From positions 174,716,001 to 174,780,000 of the forward strand of contig CM075978.1 of the NCBI GenBank assembly GCA_038087875.1: a stretch of 64,000 nt of DNA, read 5' to 3'. Source of the stretch: Malacoraja senta. Its lineage: Eukaryota. The position numbers and the translations under genes are program-made. This document shows positions 34,954-46,455 of this stretch, in pieces (within the stretch, counting starts at the first letter, position 1; every line of letters begins with the position of its first letter). The notes under the pieces are model-generated. The model saw only the letters and a program-made list of their open reading frames with translations. It was not told the origin of the DNA and ran no database searches.

Positions 34954-35805
34954 TCACCAATCAAGTCGCTGCGGCTTTCTAACCTCTCTCCCACACCTGG
35001 TCCGCACAGTCTCTGTGGTGGGGCCCTCTCTGCTGGGTGATGTTGTCACTGGTGGAGCTGGCTCTGGTGTAGGTGAATCTTCTCCCACCGGTGGCTCATC
35101 AGCGTCGACCACCCCACTGTTGGTCTGCAATGGCACCAAGTGATGCCGGTTCCTCCTCAGTGTGCCCTGAGGCACCTGGACGATATAAGAGCGAGGGGTG
35201 TTGTGTGTAGATAGCACTGTGCCCTGGACTCGTGCATCGGTGATCCACACATCCTCCCCAGGTACGAGTGGCTCCAGGTTTCTCGCTCCGTGCTTCTTGT
35301 AGAAGGATCTTGCGTCGTTCCTCCTCTTCTCCCTTTCTTTGGCCCCCAGCATGTTGTAGTCAGGCAAAACTGGATTCAGCAGGGTTGGAAGGGCAGGAAG
35401 TGTAGTGCGGAGGCGGCGCCCCATCAACAGCTCGGCCGGGCTATAGCCGTTCTGTAGAGGGGTTGCTCTGTAGGCCAGCAATGCAAGATATGGGTCTGAT
35501 GCCTTTGTTAGCAGGTTTTTCACGGTTTGTACAGCGCGTTCCGCCTCCCCATTGCTCTGAGGACACTTGGGGCTGCTCGTGATGTGCACAAAGCCATACT
35601 CTGCTGCAAAGGCTTTAAAGTGGCTACCTGAGAACTGGGGCCCATTGTCACTTTTAAGAAATTCACAAATTCCATGACGAGAAAACATGGATTTCAGGTG
35701 CACCACCACATCTGTGGACCTTGTGGGTGACAGCAGCGCAACTTCCACATACCTTGAGAAATAATCTACTACTAGTAGATAAGTCTTGTCTTTCAGCGTG
35801 AACAA
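34954..35805 (-). pseudogene. Gypsy integrase core and C-terminus (N-terminal zinc finger missing)
   Basis: LVVDYFSRY, SDNGPQF, NGEAERAV. Confidence 0.93.
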
Positions 35806-36058
35806 CTGTTCTGCTTTACTGTTTACATTTACCTGAAACCTTACATTTACCTGAAACCTGAGAGTTTAAGTTTTGAAGAACACAGCCTGCAAAAGTAATA
35901 GTTCACAGTATGGTAACGTGTAAGTTATTTTATTTCTATTTTGCATGCTTGAAACAGGGACAGATCAGGGACAGGTCTTCCAGCAAAAGGGCAGAATAAA
36001 CCCCTTAAGACCTGCAGAGACAAAGGTAGTCCACCCTTTGTTCTCCAAGAAAGGGAGA

Positions 36059-36304
36059 TGTGGTATTATGGAATAATAGTGTAAGGAATGCCTTTATTTT
36101 GTAGCAACCGGAGGGTGGCGCTGCTGCCAGTGGTCAGGCTGCAGTGACGGCATCCGGCCTGAAGTTGGCGCTGTGGGTGTAACCGGAGGGACGTAGGGGC
36201 CGGGCCCGGGCATGCACACGAGGCTGCTGCTGTACAGAGTTGCTAAATAAAGACAGACTCCGATTACGTCGTTGTACGAGCCTCATTATAAGAATAATTA
36301 GACA
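36059..36304 (+). repeat. Third, inverted LTR copy inside the duplication
   Basis: No difference from the 3' LTR seen by eye; it carries the same PPT and the same host flank. Confidence 0.93.
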
Positions 36305-36500
36305 AGTACAATGAAAAACATGGTCTTGCATGCTATCCAAGCATATCAGATATATCATACAATGATACAATCAGTTCAAACTCAAATACAATAGATACAG
36401 CAAAGGGGAAATACACATAGTGTTCTCATTTCTAAGCATTGCAGCGCATAAACTCCTTAGACAAAATCCAATGTCCACAATGGGGTGTGTGGTGGTAGTG

Positions 36501-38638
36501 CTCTTGCGGCTTTCAGAGGAGCACGAGATAAGGTGTCGGCTGTCCACAGGCTTTTGCCAGGGACATGATTGACTGTATAGTTGTACCTCATGAGTCTCAT
36601 CCTAAATCTTTGGATTCTTGGTGGGAGGTCATCCAAAGCTTTCCTTCCCAGCAGACTCACCAACGGCTTATGGTCAGTTTGCAGCTCTAATGGTCTTCCC
36701 AGGATGAAACAGCTGAACCTTTCACATGCCCACGTTGCAGCCAATGCCTCCTTCTCTACTTGAGCATAGCGCTGCTCTGTTGGCGTCATTGACCTGGACA
36801 CATATGCCACAGGTGACCACATGGCATCGCTCTTCTGCAGCAGGACTGCCCCCAGGCCAAAGGAAGAGGCATCAGCAGAGATCTTTAGAGCACTGTTTGG
36901 GTTGTATAATGTGAGCACTGGTGTGGATGACAGCTATGTTTTTAACTGATCAAAGGCGGCCTGCTGCTCTGTCCCCCAGTACCAGTGGTTCTTCTTGGAC
37001 AGCAGGTCTTTGTCTTTTTCAGCCAGGTTAGGCAAGAAGCGGCCCAGCTGATTGACCATGCCCAGAAAACTGAGTTCGCTGACATTTTTGGGTGCATCCA
37101 TCCCTTGTACTGCTCTCGTCTTCTCTGGATCTGGCTTCACTCCATCTGCTGAAATCACATGACCCAGGAATCTGACTGTGTGGCGTGTGAGCTCATATTT
37201 GTCCATGTTGAGCGTAATGCCGGCCTTTTGTGCCTTCTCTAGCACCGCAAGTAGCCGCACATCATGCTCCTCCTGCGTCTGTCCCCAGACTAGGATGTCA
37301 TCCATGTGACACAGTACCCCCTCCAGGCTGATGCTATGCCAAAGGGTAGACGGTTAAAATAGTAGCGCCCAAAAGGCGTGATGAAGGTGGTGTATTTGGC
37401 AGACTCTTTTGTCAAGGTACTTGCCAAAAGCCCATGTTGGCATCTAATTTGCTGAAGACTGTTGCGCCAGCTAGCATGCCCAGAGTGTGCTCGACAGAAG
37501 GCAGGATAAACTTTTCTCTGCATACTGATTCATTCATCATTGTGAAATCCACACAAATGCGAACATCACCTGCTTTTTTCGGCACCACCACCATCCCGGC
37601 ACACCAATCACTCGGCTCCTCAATCTTGGTGGTTACGCCCGTCTTCTCCATATGGTCTATCTCCTCCTTCACTTTTCCCATAAGCGGCAGAGGGACTCTG
37701 CGTGGTGTGTGGAGAGAGAAGGGCACAGCCTCTGGCTTTAATTTAATTGAGTATGGCCTGAGAACAAGACCCAAGCCGCTACACAGCTTCGGATATTGTT
37801 GTTTCACTGATTCCATGGTGATGCTGCCAACCCTGCACACAAGCTGAAGCTGTTCTATGGCAGGCCTTCCCAACAGTGCAGTGTGCAGGTGTTTTACTAC
37901 ATAAATGTTCTCTATGGCTGTCTTTTTGCCTCTGCGCAGTGTTTCTCTGGCTACACCTAGGACAGAGAGTGCATTGCCCCCTGGCCCAAACAACGGGCGT
38001 GTCGACACTGCCAGGCGCTTCACATCATGCCCCCCTGTAATGTCATGGTACACCTCGGCTGGCATGGCGGTGACATCAGCACCAGTGTCTATTTTAAAGC
38101 ACACTTTTTTTTGTCTCACTTGTAGCTGCACCGTCCACGGGTCTTTTCCAGCATCCACGGCTCCCAGGAAAAAGCTCTCTTCTTCCTCTGTAGTGACAGC
38201 ATTCAGAGATTTTGCACTGTTTCTGCACACTTTGCCATAATGTCCCATTTTGCCACAGTTGTGACACACAGCATCTTTAGCAGGGCATTCCAATATTCCA
38301 TGCGAGGGCATTTTTCCACATCTATAACAGGCCTTTGAACCTGGCTGTGGCCGTGTATTAAGTTTATTTTTGCCTGGTGTTTGTGCTTGTGGCTGAGGCT
38401 TTGAGGGCAATTTGGGTTTTCTGTAGCTTTTAGCATGCACAGCATCAACATTAGAGCACTTGCTAGCACCGCCATTTTCTCCTCTTAAGTCAGACCGCTG
38501 TCGTCTAACTTCTTCAGACTGCCTTGTCTTTGTTATAGCAGTTCCAAGGGTTAGGTCTCTATCTAGCTGTAGCTTTTCTGACAATGAGACGTTTCTCAGC
38601 CCGACCACTAACCTGTCGCAGATCAGCTCGTTCTGTAA
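36501..38638 (-). pseudogene. Gypsy gag C-terminus, protease, RT and RNase H (frameshifts and a deletion in RT)
   Basis: ORFs 37412-38665, 37290-37523, 36934-37305 and 36457-36918. Confidence 0.93.
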
Positions 38639-41219
38639 GGCAAAACAGTTATAATGGAAAGGCAAAACAGTTATAATGGAAAGGCAAAACAGTTATAATG
38701 GAAAGGCAAAACAGTTATAATGGGTGACTTCAATCTACATATAGATTGGGTGAATCAAATTGGCAGGGGTGCTGAGGAAGAGGATTTCTTGGAATGTATG
38801 AGGGATAGTTATCTAAACCAACATGTAGAGGAACCAACGAGAGAGCAGGCTATTCTAGACTGGGTATTGAGTAATGAGGAAGGGTTAGTTAGCAGACTCG
38901 TTGTGCGTGCCCCCTTGGGCAAGAGTGATCATAATATGGTTGAGTTCTTCATTAGGATGGAGAGTGACATTGTTAATTCAGAAACAACGGTTCTGAACTT
39001 AAAGAAAGGTAACTTTGAGGGTATGAGACATGAATTGGCCAAGATTGACTGGCAATTAGTTCTAAAAGGGTTGACGGTGGATATGCAATGGAAGGCATTT
39101 AAAGACTGCATGGATGAACTACAAAAATTGTTCATCCCAGTTTGGCAAAAGAATAAATCAAGGAAGGTAGTGCATCCGTGGATAACAAGGGAAATCAGGG
39201 ATAGTATCAAAGCAAAAGATGATGCGTACAAATTAGCCAGAAAAGGCAGCATACCAGAGGACTGGGAGAAATTCAGAGACCAGCAGAGGAGGACAAAGGG
39301 CTTAATTAGGAAAGGGAAAATAGATTATGAAAGGAAACTGGCAGGGAACATAAAAACTGACTGCAAAAGTTTTTATAGATATGTGAAGAGAAAGAGATTA
39401 GTTAAATCAAATGTAGGTCCCTTGCAGTCAGAAACAGGTGAATTGATCATGGGGAACAAGGATATGGCAGACCAATTGAATAACTACTTTGGTTCCGTCT
39501 TCACTAAGGAAGACATAAATAATCTGCCGGAAATAGCAGGGGGCCGCGGGTCAAAGGAGATGGAGGTACTGAGTGAAATCCAGGTTAGTCGGGAAGTGGT
39601 GTTGGGTAAATTGAATGGATTAAAGGCCGATAAATCACCAGGGCCAGATAGGCTGCATCCCAGAGTACTTAAGGAAGTAGCTCCAGAAATAGTGGATGCA
39701 TTAGTGATAATTTTTCAAAACTCTTTAGATTCTGGAGTAGTTCCTGAGGATTGGAGGGTAGCAAACGTAACCCCACTTTTTAAGAAGGGAGGGAGAGAGA
39801 AAACGGGGAATTACAGACCAGTTAGTCTAACATCGGTAGTGGGGAAACTGCTAGAGTCAGTTATTAAAGATGGGATAGCAGCACATTTGGAAAGTGGTGA
39901 AATCATTGGACAAAGTCAGCATGGATTTACGAAAGGTAAATCGTGTCTGACGAATCTTATAGAATTTTTCGAGGATGTAACTAGTAGAGTGGATAGGGGA
40001 GAACCAGTGGATGTGTTGTATCTGGACTTTCAGAAGGCTTTCGACAAGGTACCACATAAGAGATTAGGATACAAACTTAAATCACACGGTATTGGGGGTT
40101 CAGTATTGATGTGGATAGAGAACTGGCTGGCAAACAGGAAGCAAAGAGTAGGAGTAAACGGGTCCTTTTCACAATGGCAGGCAGTGACTAGTGGGGTACC
40201 ACAAGGCTCAGTGCTGGGACCCCAGCTATTTACAATTTATATTAATGATCTGGACGAGGGAATTGAAAGCAACATCTCCAAGTTTGCGGATGACACTAAG
40301 CTGGGGGGCAGTGTTAGCTGTGAGGAGGATGCTAGGAGACTGCAAGGTGACTTGGATAGGCTGGGTGAGTGGGCAAATGTTTGGCAGATGCAGTATAATG
40401 TGGATAAATGTGAGGTTATCCACTTTGGTAGCAAAAACGGGAAGGCAGACTATTATCTAAATGGTGGCCGATTAGGAAATGGGGAGATGCAGCGAGACCT
40501 GGGTGTCATGGTACACCAGTCATTGAAAGTAGGCATGCAGGTGCAGCAGGCAGTGAAGAAAGCGAATGGTATGTTGGCCTTCATAGCAAGAGGATTTGAG
40601 TATAGGAGCAGTGAGGTTCTACTGCAGTTGTACAGGGTCTTGGTGAGACCACACCTGGAGTATTGCGTACAGTTTTGGTCTCCAAATCTGAGGAAGGACA
40701 TTATAGCCATAGAGGGAGTGCAGAGAAGGTTCACCAGACTGATTCCTGGGATGTCAGGACTTTCATATGAAGAAAGACTGGATAGACTTGGCTTATACTC
40801 GCTAGAATTTAGGAGATTGAGAGGGGATCTTATAGAAACGTACAAGATTCTTATGGGGTTGGACAGGCTAGATGCAGGAAGATTGTTCCCGATGTTGGGG
40901 AAGTCCAGGACAAGGGGTCACAGCTTAAGGATAAGGGGAAAATCCTTTAAGACCGAGATGAGGAAAAACTTTTTCACACAGAGAGTGGTGAATCTCTGGA
41001 ACTCTCTGCCACAGAGGGTAGTTGAGGCCAGTTCATTGGCTATATTTAAGAGGGAATTAGATGTGGCCCTTGTGGCTAAAGGGATCAGGGGGTATGGAGA
41101 GAAGGCAGGTACGGGATACTGAGTTGGATGATCAGCCATGATCGTATTGAATGGCGGTGCAGGCTCGAAGGGCCGAATGGCCTACTCCTGCACCTAATTT
41201 CTATGTATCTATGTATCTA
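38639..41219 (+). mobile_element. Young 5'-truncated CR1 LINE nested in Gypsy gag; open 800-aa ORF2 (38720-41122)
   Basis: Endonuclease C-terminal part (GDFN, SDH), RT ([12 protein letters not shown]), 3' UTR and (CTATGTAT)n tail. Confidence 0.97.
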
Positions 41220-41224
41220 TGTAA

Positions 41225-41641
41225 CTGTCCATAGTTGCAGTGTTCAGCTAATCTGTATAGAGCAGTGATGAAGGAATCCACCGTTTCTCCTGGCAGTTGC
41301 ACATGCTGATTGAACTTGGCTCTTTCGTAGATTACATTCTTTTTAGGCACAAAAAATGCATCAAAGCCCGCCTTGACATCCGTGTACATCTTCCTCTCAT
41401 CTGCAGTTAGCGTTAGCCCCTTTAGCACATCTTCGGCTTCATCGCCCATGCAATACACTAACGTGTTCACCTGGTTTTCTTCCGACATTGCGTTTAAGTT
41501 GCTTGCAAGCCGAAAGCGATCGAATCTCCTGATCCAACGCTCCCATTCTTGAGGCTTGGTAAAATCGAATGGCTCTGGAGGTTGTATTGTGAACGTAGAA
41601 GTTGGTGTAGGTTGCGCCATATCTGCCAGCTCATCTCCCAT
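41225..41641 (-). pseudogene. Gypsy gag N-terminal part
   Basis: MGDELADMAQP..PEPFDF..WERWIRRFDRF..LAEHCNYGQL; cut by the CR1 insertion. Confidence 0.9.
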
Positions 41642-41699
41642 TTCTCCGCCAAAACGATACACTTTCCACTTCTTCCTCTTTTTTTTTTTGCTTACAAGA

Positions 41700-41717
41700 A
41701 TCCCGTTTCTGACACCA
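41700..41717 (-). promoter_or_regulatory. Primer-binding site, tRNA-Leu-like
   Basis: TGGTGTCAGAAACGGGAT; 2 mismatches to the recalled complement of the tRNA-Leu 3' end. Confidence 0.75.
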
Positions 41718-41963
41718 TGTCTAATTATTCTTATAATGAGGCTCGTACAACGACGTAATCGGAGTCTGTCTTTATTTAGCAACTCTGTACAGCAGTAGCC
41801 TCGTGTGCATGCCCGGGCCCGGCCCCTACGTCCCTCCGGTTACGCCCACAGCACCAACTTCAGGCCGGCTGCCATCACTGCAGCCTGACCACTGGCAGCA
41901 GCGCCACCCTCCGGCTACTACAAAATAAAGGCATTCCTTACACTATTATGCCATAATACCACA
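41718..41963 (-). repeat. 5' LTR
   Basis: TGTGGT...TTAGACA, immediately followed by the PBS. Confidence 0.95.
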
Positions 41964-42652
41964 CTTGTGACAATAATAAACCCAAACCTAAATGTAAAAT
42001 GACCGGAGAAGACAAGAGGAATTATGAATTTTCTTTAGCAGACCAGTTAAATTGAATGAGTTTCAGATGGAAGGAGGTGATGTGCACCAGGGAGTTGTCA
42101 GTGTCTTAAAGGCCTGTCTCACGGATTTGCGGTCATTGGCAGTGAAACAGGAAGTTTCTACCGCTCGTGGACCGCCAGAGACCGCGGGTTCGGTCCAATG
42201 CACACCGCCGGTCCCAACACCGTACGGTGCTCACAAAAAAACAACAATGTCGAAAAATCTGTTCCTACCGCACAGCCGCCGCCAGTGAGGCACGAGTGCG
42301 GCACGGGCACCGCCACAGCCGCCGCCAGTGCGGCACGAGCACCGTGAGTCCAACTTTCGCCGCCACAGCCGCCGCCAGTGAGGCACGTGTGCGGCACGGG
42401 CACCGCCACAGCCGCCGCCACAGCGCCGCGATCAGCACTACCGCCGCCACAGCCCGGTGATCCGAAATGACGTCATCGCGTAGCGCGTCGCGTTGCGCGA
42501 TGTCGTCATCACCCGACGCCGCGCGACGTCCTTTCGCAGTCGGCCCGCCTTTTTTAGCTGTTCACGTCCAAACCACGCGAGATCTGAGACTTCAACAGTG
42601 TAACATTTTTACCGCGTTTTTCAAACGGAGTGCTTGGCAGTTTATTATCAAC

Positions 42653-44470
42653 ATGAGGAGAACAAGGATTGTAAGAAGATCGATGCAGGACAAAGTAAAA
42701 AAAGTAATAATGGGAAACATTCAGATACTGGAGTGTCCAGCCACTGCTCCTGCCCCTGCTTCAGTACCTGTCCCATCTCCTGCCCCATCTTCTGACTCAG
42801 CACCTTCATCAGTTCCCACCCCAGTTCCTGCCCCATCTGCTTCCACATCTGCTGCCCCATAAGCTTCTCCATCTGCTGCCCCATCTGTTTCCCCATCTGC
42901 TGCCCCATCTGCTGGCCCATCTCCTGCTCCAGCTTATTTCCCTGCATGGTTGTTGAACAAGTCTGGCTCAAAGCCTTATAATATTTCTCGGGAACAAGAG
43001 GGGGACCTGGTGGAATGGTATCAGGCCCACCATGAGCTGTATGACAAGACCCACCATGATTTCAGGAACAGGTGTCTCCGCAACGTCATAATTGAAGAAA
43101 AGGCGAAGGAGTTCCCTGACTGCTCTTGTAAGTACATAATTTGTAGTTTATCTACATTTCTGTGTTTGTAATTGAAGTTCCAATTCAGATTATAAGTTGC
43201 TCAACACTGATCTTCATTTATTCTATGTTTTCACAGATGACCAACTGTGTCAATGGCTGAAGAGTCAGAGGACACGGTTCGGGAAACTGTCTCAAAGTCT
43301 TGGCAAGTCTGGCTCTGCCAGTAGGACACTGACTGACAGAGACCAGTGGATATATGACAAATGGGTGTTCGTGCGGGACCACATGGTCAGAGTGCAGAGG
43401 AAGGAAAGTTGCAGGAAGGTGAATAATTAAGAAAATTATGTGACAATTAATATTTGTCGGCAAGTCAGTCAAACATATTTTCAACAATGATAACTTGGTG
43501 TTCACTTTTCTTGCTACGTCCTGATGGCCTTGCACATTTATGATACGCATTCACTTTCTTCAAGTGTATTGTGGGTGTTTCAACGTACGCGGACTCGAGT
43601 GAGGGCGAGCCTGATCCGCCAGAGGGACCCTCAGATGGCCTGCACTGCTGTCGAACTGCAGCAGCACGCCAAACGGAAGCGGGCCTGCACAACTGCGTCA
43701 GATAGCGATGTGCCTGTTCAAAGTCTTCAGCGGGAGATGTTCAGGGATGTAAGTGCTTTTGGATTAACCATCATCAAATCTCTCATTCACTCCGCCCTAC
43801 GTCCACGTTTCTCCATTGCATCCCAAAATATAATTATCATGATTGTACTCTCTTGTTGCAGATCATGGAACAGGCAAAGACAACGTCGGGCATGATAAAC
43901 GTTTTGTCACAGCCAAGGACGTCACAGGAAAGAATCGTCCATGCGTACGCAATGTTACTGAGGGAGATGTTTCTGATCCCTGAGGAAAATTGGCAACGCT
44001 ACAGCATAGAGGGATTGGCCTTGGCAAGGGCGCACAGACTTCCTCAGCCAGTAAAATATTTTAATCAAAGTTTATTGAATTTATAAAAGTTTTAATTTAA
44101 TGCTGTTTATGAATCATTTACTACGATTTTCTTTGTGTTGCAGAGTCCGATGAGGCCCATGCCAATAGTGCCACTGCAACAAACCATGATGATGCCACAA
44201 TATCCTCCCCAGGTACACTGTGAAACATTTGTGAGTCTTCAGCCTGACTCAAGATTTTCTCTGACACACAGCTTGTGAAAGGTTGTGATTTGTTTTATAT
44301 GATTTGTTTGGCACCGATACATATTGATACGCTTATGTGTTTTGCCCACAGGCAAGGATGGAACCCCGTTCTATGGCATACCCGTGGATGGCAGGCCCCC
44401 CCCCCACTATGTCAGTGGACACACCCCACCGCCACATCATTCGTCACGTGGCATGGATAGGCTAGGGGAA
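42653..44470 (+). pseudogene. Harbinger accessory MADF/Myb-like DNA-binding gene, about 6 exons
   Basis: Exons 42653-43127, 43237-43418, 43565-43748, 43862-44050, 44144-44212 and 44352 onward, all GT-AG. LVEWY..LYDK..QWLKSQRTRFGKL. Premature TAA at 42860-62. Confidence 0.8.
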
Positions 44471-45192
44471 ACAGAATTCCATGTGCAATTTGATGGTCCC
44501 GAAGAAAGCGCAAACGCCGGCACAGAATTCTCAGACTTTTATATGGTAATTGACATATGGACATGGGCCGTAAGGGGTGAGGTTGCCCCCAACATTCACT
44601 GTTGTGTCTGCTTGTGTGTTGCACATTAACGTTTAATTCACTGTTGTTTCTCACTACGTTATTTGTTTGCTTGCACTAATGAACAATGTTCTGTGGAATT
44701 GTGTTGCACATTTAAAAAGAATCTCTTGTTTTTCAATATGTTAATTGTTTTCACTAAATAAACAGTTTAAATTTAATATTGTATTGTGGAAAAAAGTGTC
44801 TGTTAATCATGGCGTAGATCTCTCATGGAAACAACGTCTAATGATGGAATGCATCTCACATACAAAAGCATTGATTTATTAGAGAAATAAAACACAAACA
44901 GGCATTGAACTGCATTGAATTGCAAAATTTGTCATTATAAGCCATGAAAATCAAACAATGGCATTTAAACGCTTTAAAGATCAGGCAATTTCAAAATAAG
45001 TGATGTAGGTATTACTATTAACACAGAATTAATAATTTCACAATCTAAAACCATCCATCAACATACATAGATCGCACTTTTGTTAGATCTGGGGCCTTCA
45101 TGATCGGGTACCTCTGCCGTGAGAAGACAGCCCTGACATCCCCTGTTTGCTTTTGATCCTCAAAACATATTGTTCTGCCAGGGTACACTGCC

Positions 45193-46455
45193 TCACTCTG
45201 AGTTGTAGTAAGCACAGAGATGGTCCCTCCACTCCTTTGCTCTTTTGTTGCTGGTGTTTCCTTGCAATGACCCCAGTGCCACCATCGGTGATGCCTGTCT
45301 TGCAGCTCTCCATGAACCTGGTGTGACTTCACCTGTCTGTTTGTCCATCGTGTCACCCTCCACCATGGCTGCAGCTGCACCTCTGGTGCGGATCAGGTTA
45401 TGGAGGACACATGCCGCGTAGACAATGGCCTGCACATTCTCGGGCTCCTGCTCCATTGTTGTCAGCAGGCATCTGAATCTGCTAGCAAGGATACCAAAAG
45501 CATTTTCCACTACCCTCCTAGTCCTGGACAGCCTGTAATTGAAGATCCTTTGCTCCCTTGACATCCCCCTGTGAGGGTATGGCTTCATCATCCATGGCCT
45601 GAGTGCGAAGGCATCATCACCAACCAGTGCGTAGGGGATGTCAGGGTTGTCTTCTCCCGGCAGAGGTTCTGGATCAGGAAGGCCTGCTCTCCCTTCTTCC
45701 AATGCTTGCCCAAGGGAGGTCTCTCTCCAGATCCCTCCATCTGCGGCACTGCCAGGTGTGCCCACATTCACAAACATGAAGTTGTAGTTTGCATCTACCA
45801 CAGCTAACAGCACGATGGAATGGAACTTCTTGTAGTTGAAGTACACAGAACCTCCCCCACATGCTTCCCGTCAACAGCCCCACATGTGTGCAGGAAGTTC
45901 CATCTGCTTTGAAAGCCGTGCGCCACACTCCTCCACCCGTCTGATGTAGTTGGGCAGTCAATAATCTCATCATATGTTTTGTTGATGGCGTCACAGGTCT
46001 CTCGGACTACCCTGCTGATGGTGTTGTGAGCCACACGGAAGTTATACGAGAGGCTCTTGTAGGAATCCCCTGATGCAAGGTAGCGGAGGGTGATGGCTAG
46101 GCGCAGGCCTGGTTCCAGTGACTTCCGCATGATGGTTTTCGTTTTCTGCAGAAGAGGTCCGACTCGTGTCTTGAGCTCCTGAAACAGGTCGGGGGGGGGG
46201 GGGGGTCCTGGTGAAATTTCTAAAGGCAGCATCATCTACCCGCTGCAGATCCGTCGTCATGGTCTCATACTGGCCCAAAGTAGGTCTCATCCGGAACAAA
46301 GACCTCGTCCACACAGACCTCTTCCTGGGCTTCTTCTTCTTCTTCTTCATAACCTTCTTTGTTGAACTGCTGCACGGCTGACCTGCAACCATGAGGGCTG
46401 CTGCTAAGAGAAGTGTCTGTTGGTGTAGCAGCAATGCAATCTCAATCTCTTCCAT
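45193..46455 (-). pseudogene. Harbinger DDE transposase (HARBI1-like), two frameshifts
   Basis: GAVDGKH / GDDAF / VVENAFG triad and LRLAITLRYLASG. Frameshifts at the G15 run (46191-46205) and at a deletion near 45855. Confidence 0.93.

Larger units (their letters stand above)
34400..41963 (-). mobile_element. Gypsy/Ty3 LTR retrotransposon (disrupted)
   Basis: 246-bp TG...CA LTRs, PBS and PPT. Gag has two zinc knuckles; protease IDTGA; RT CHMDD; RNase H DASS/TDHKPL; integrase D-D-E. Order is PR-RT-RH-IN. Confidence 0.96.
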
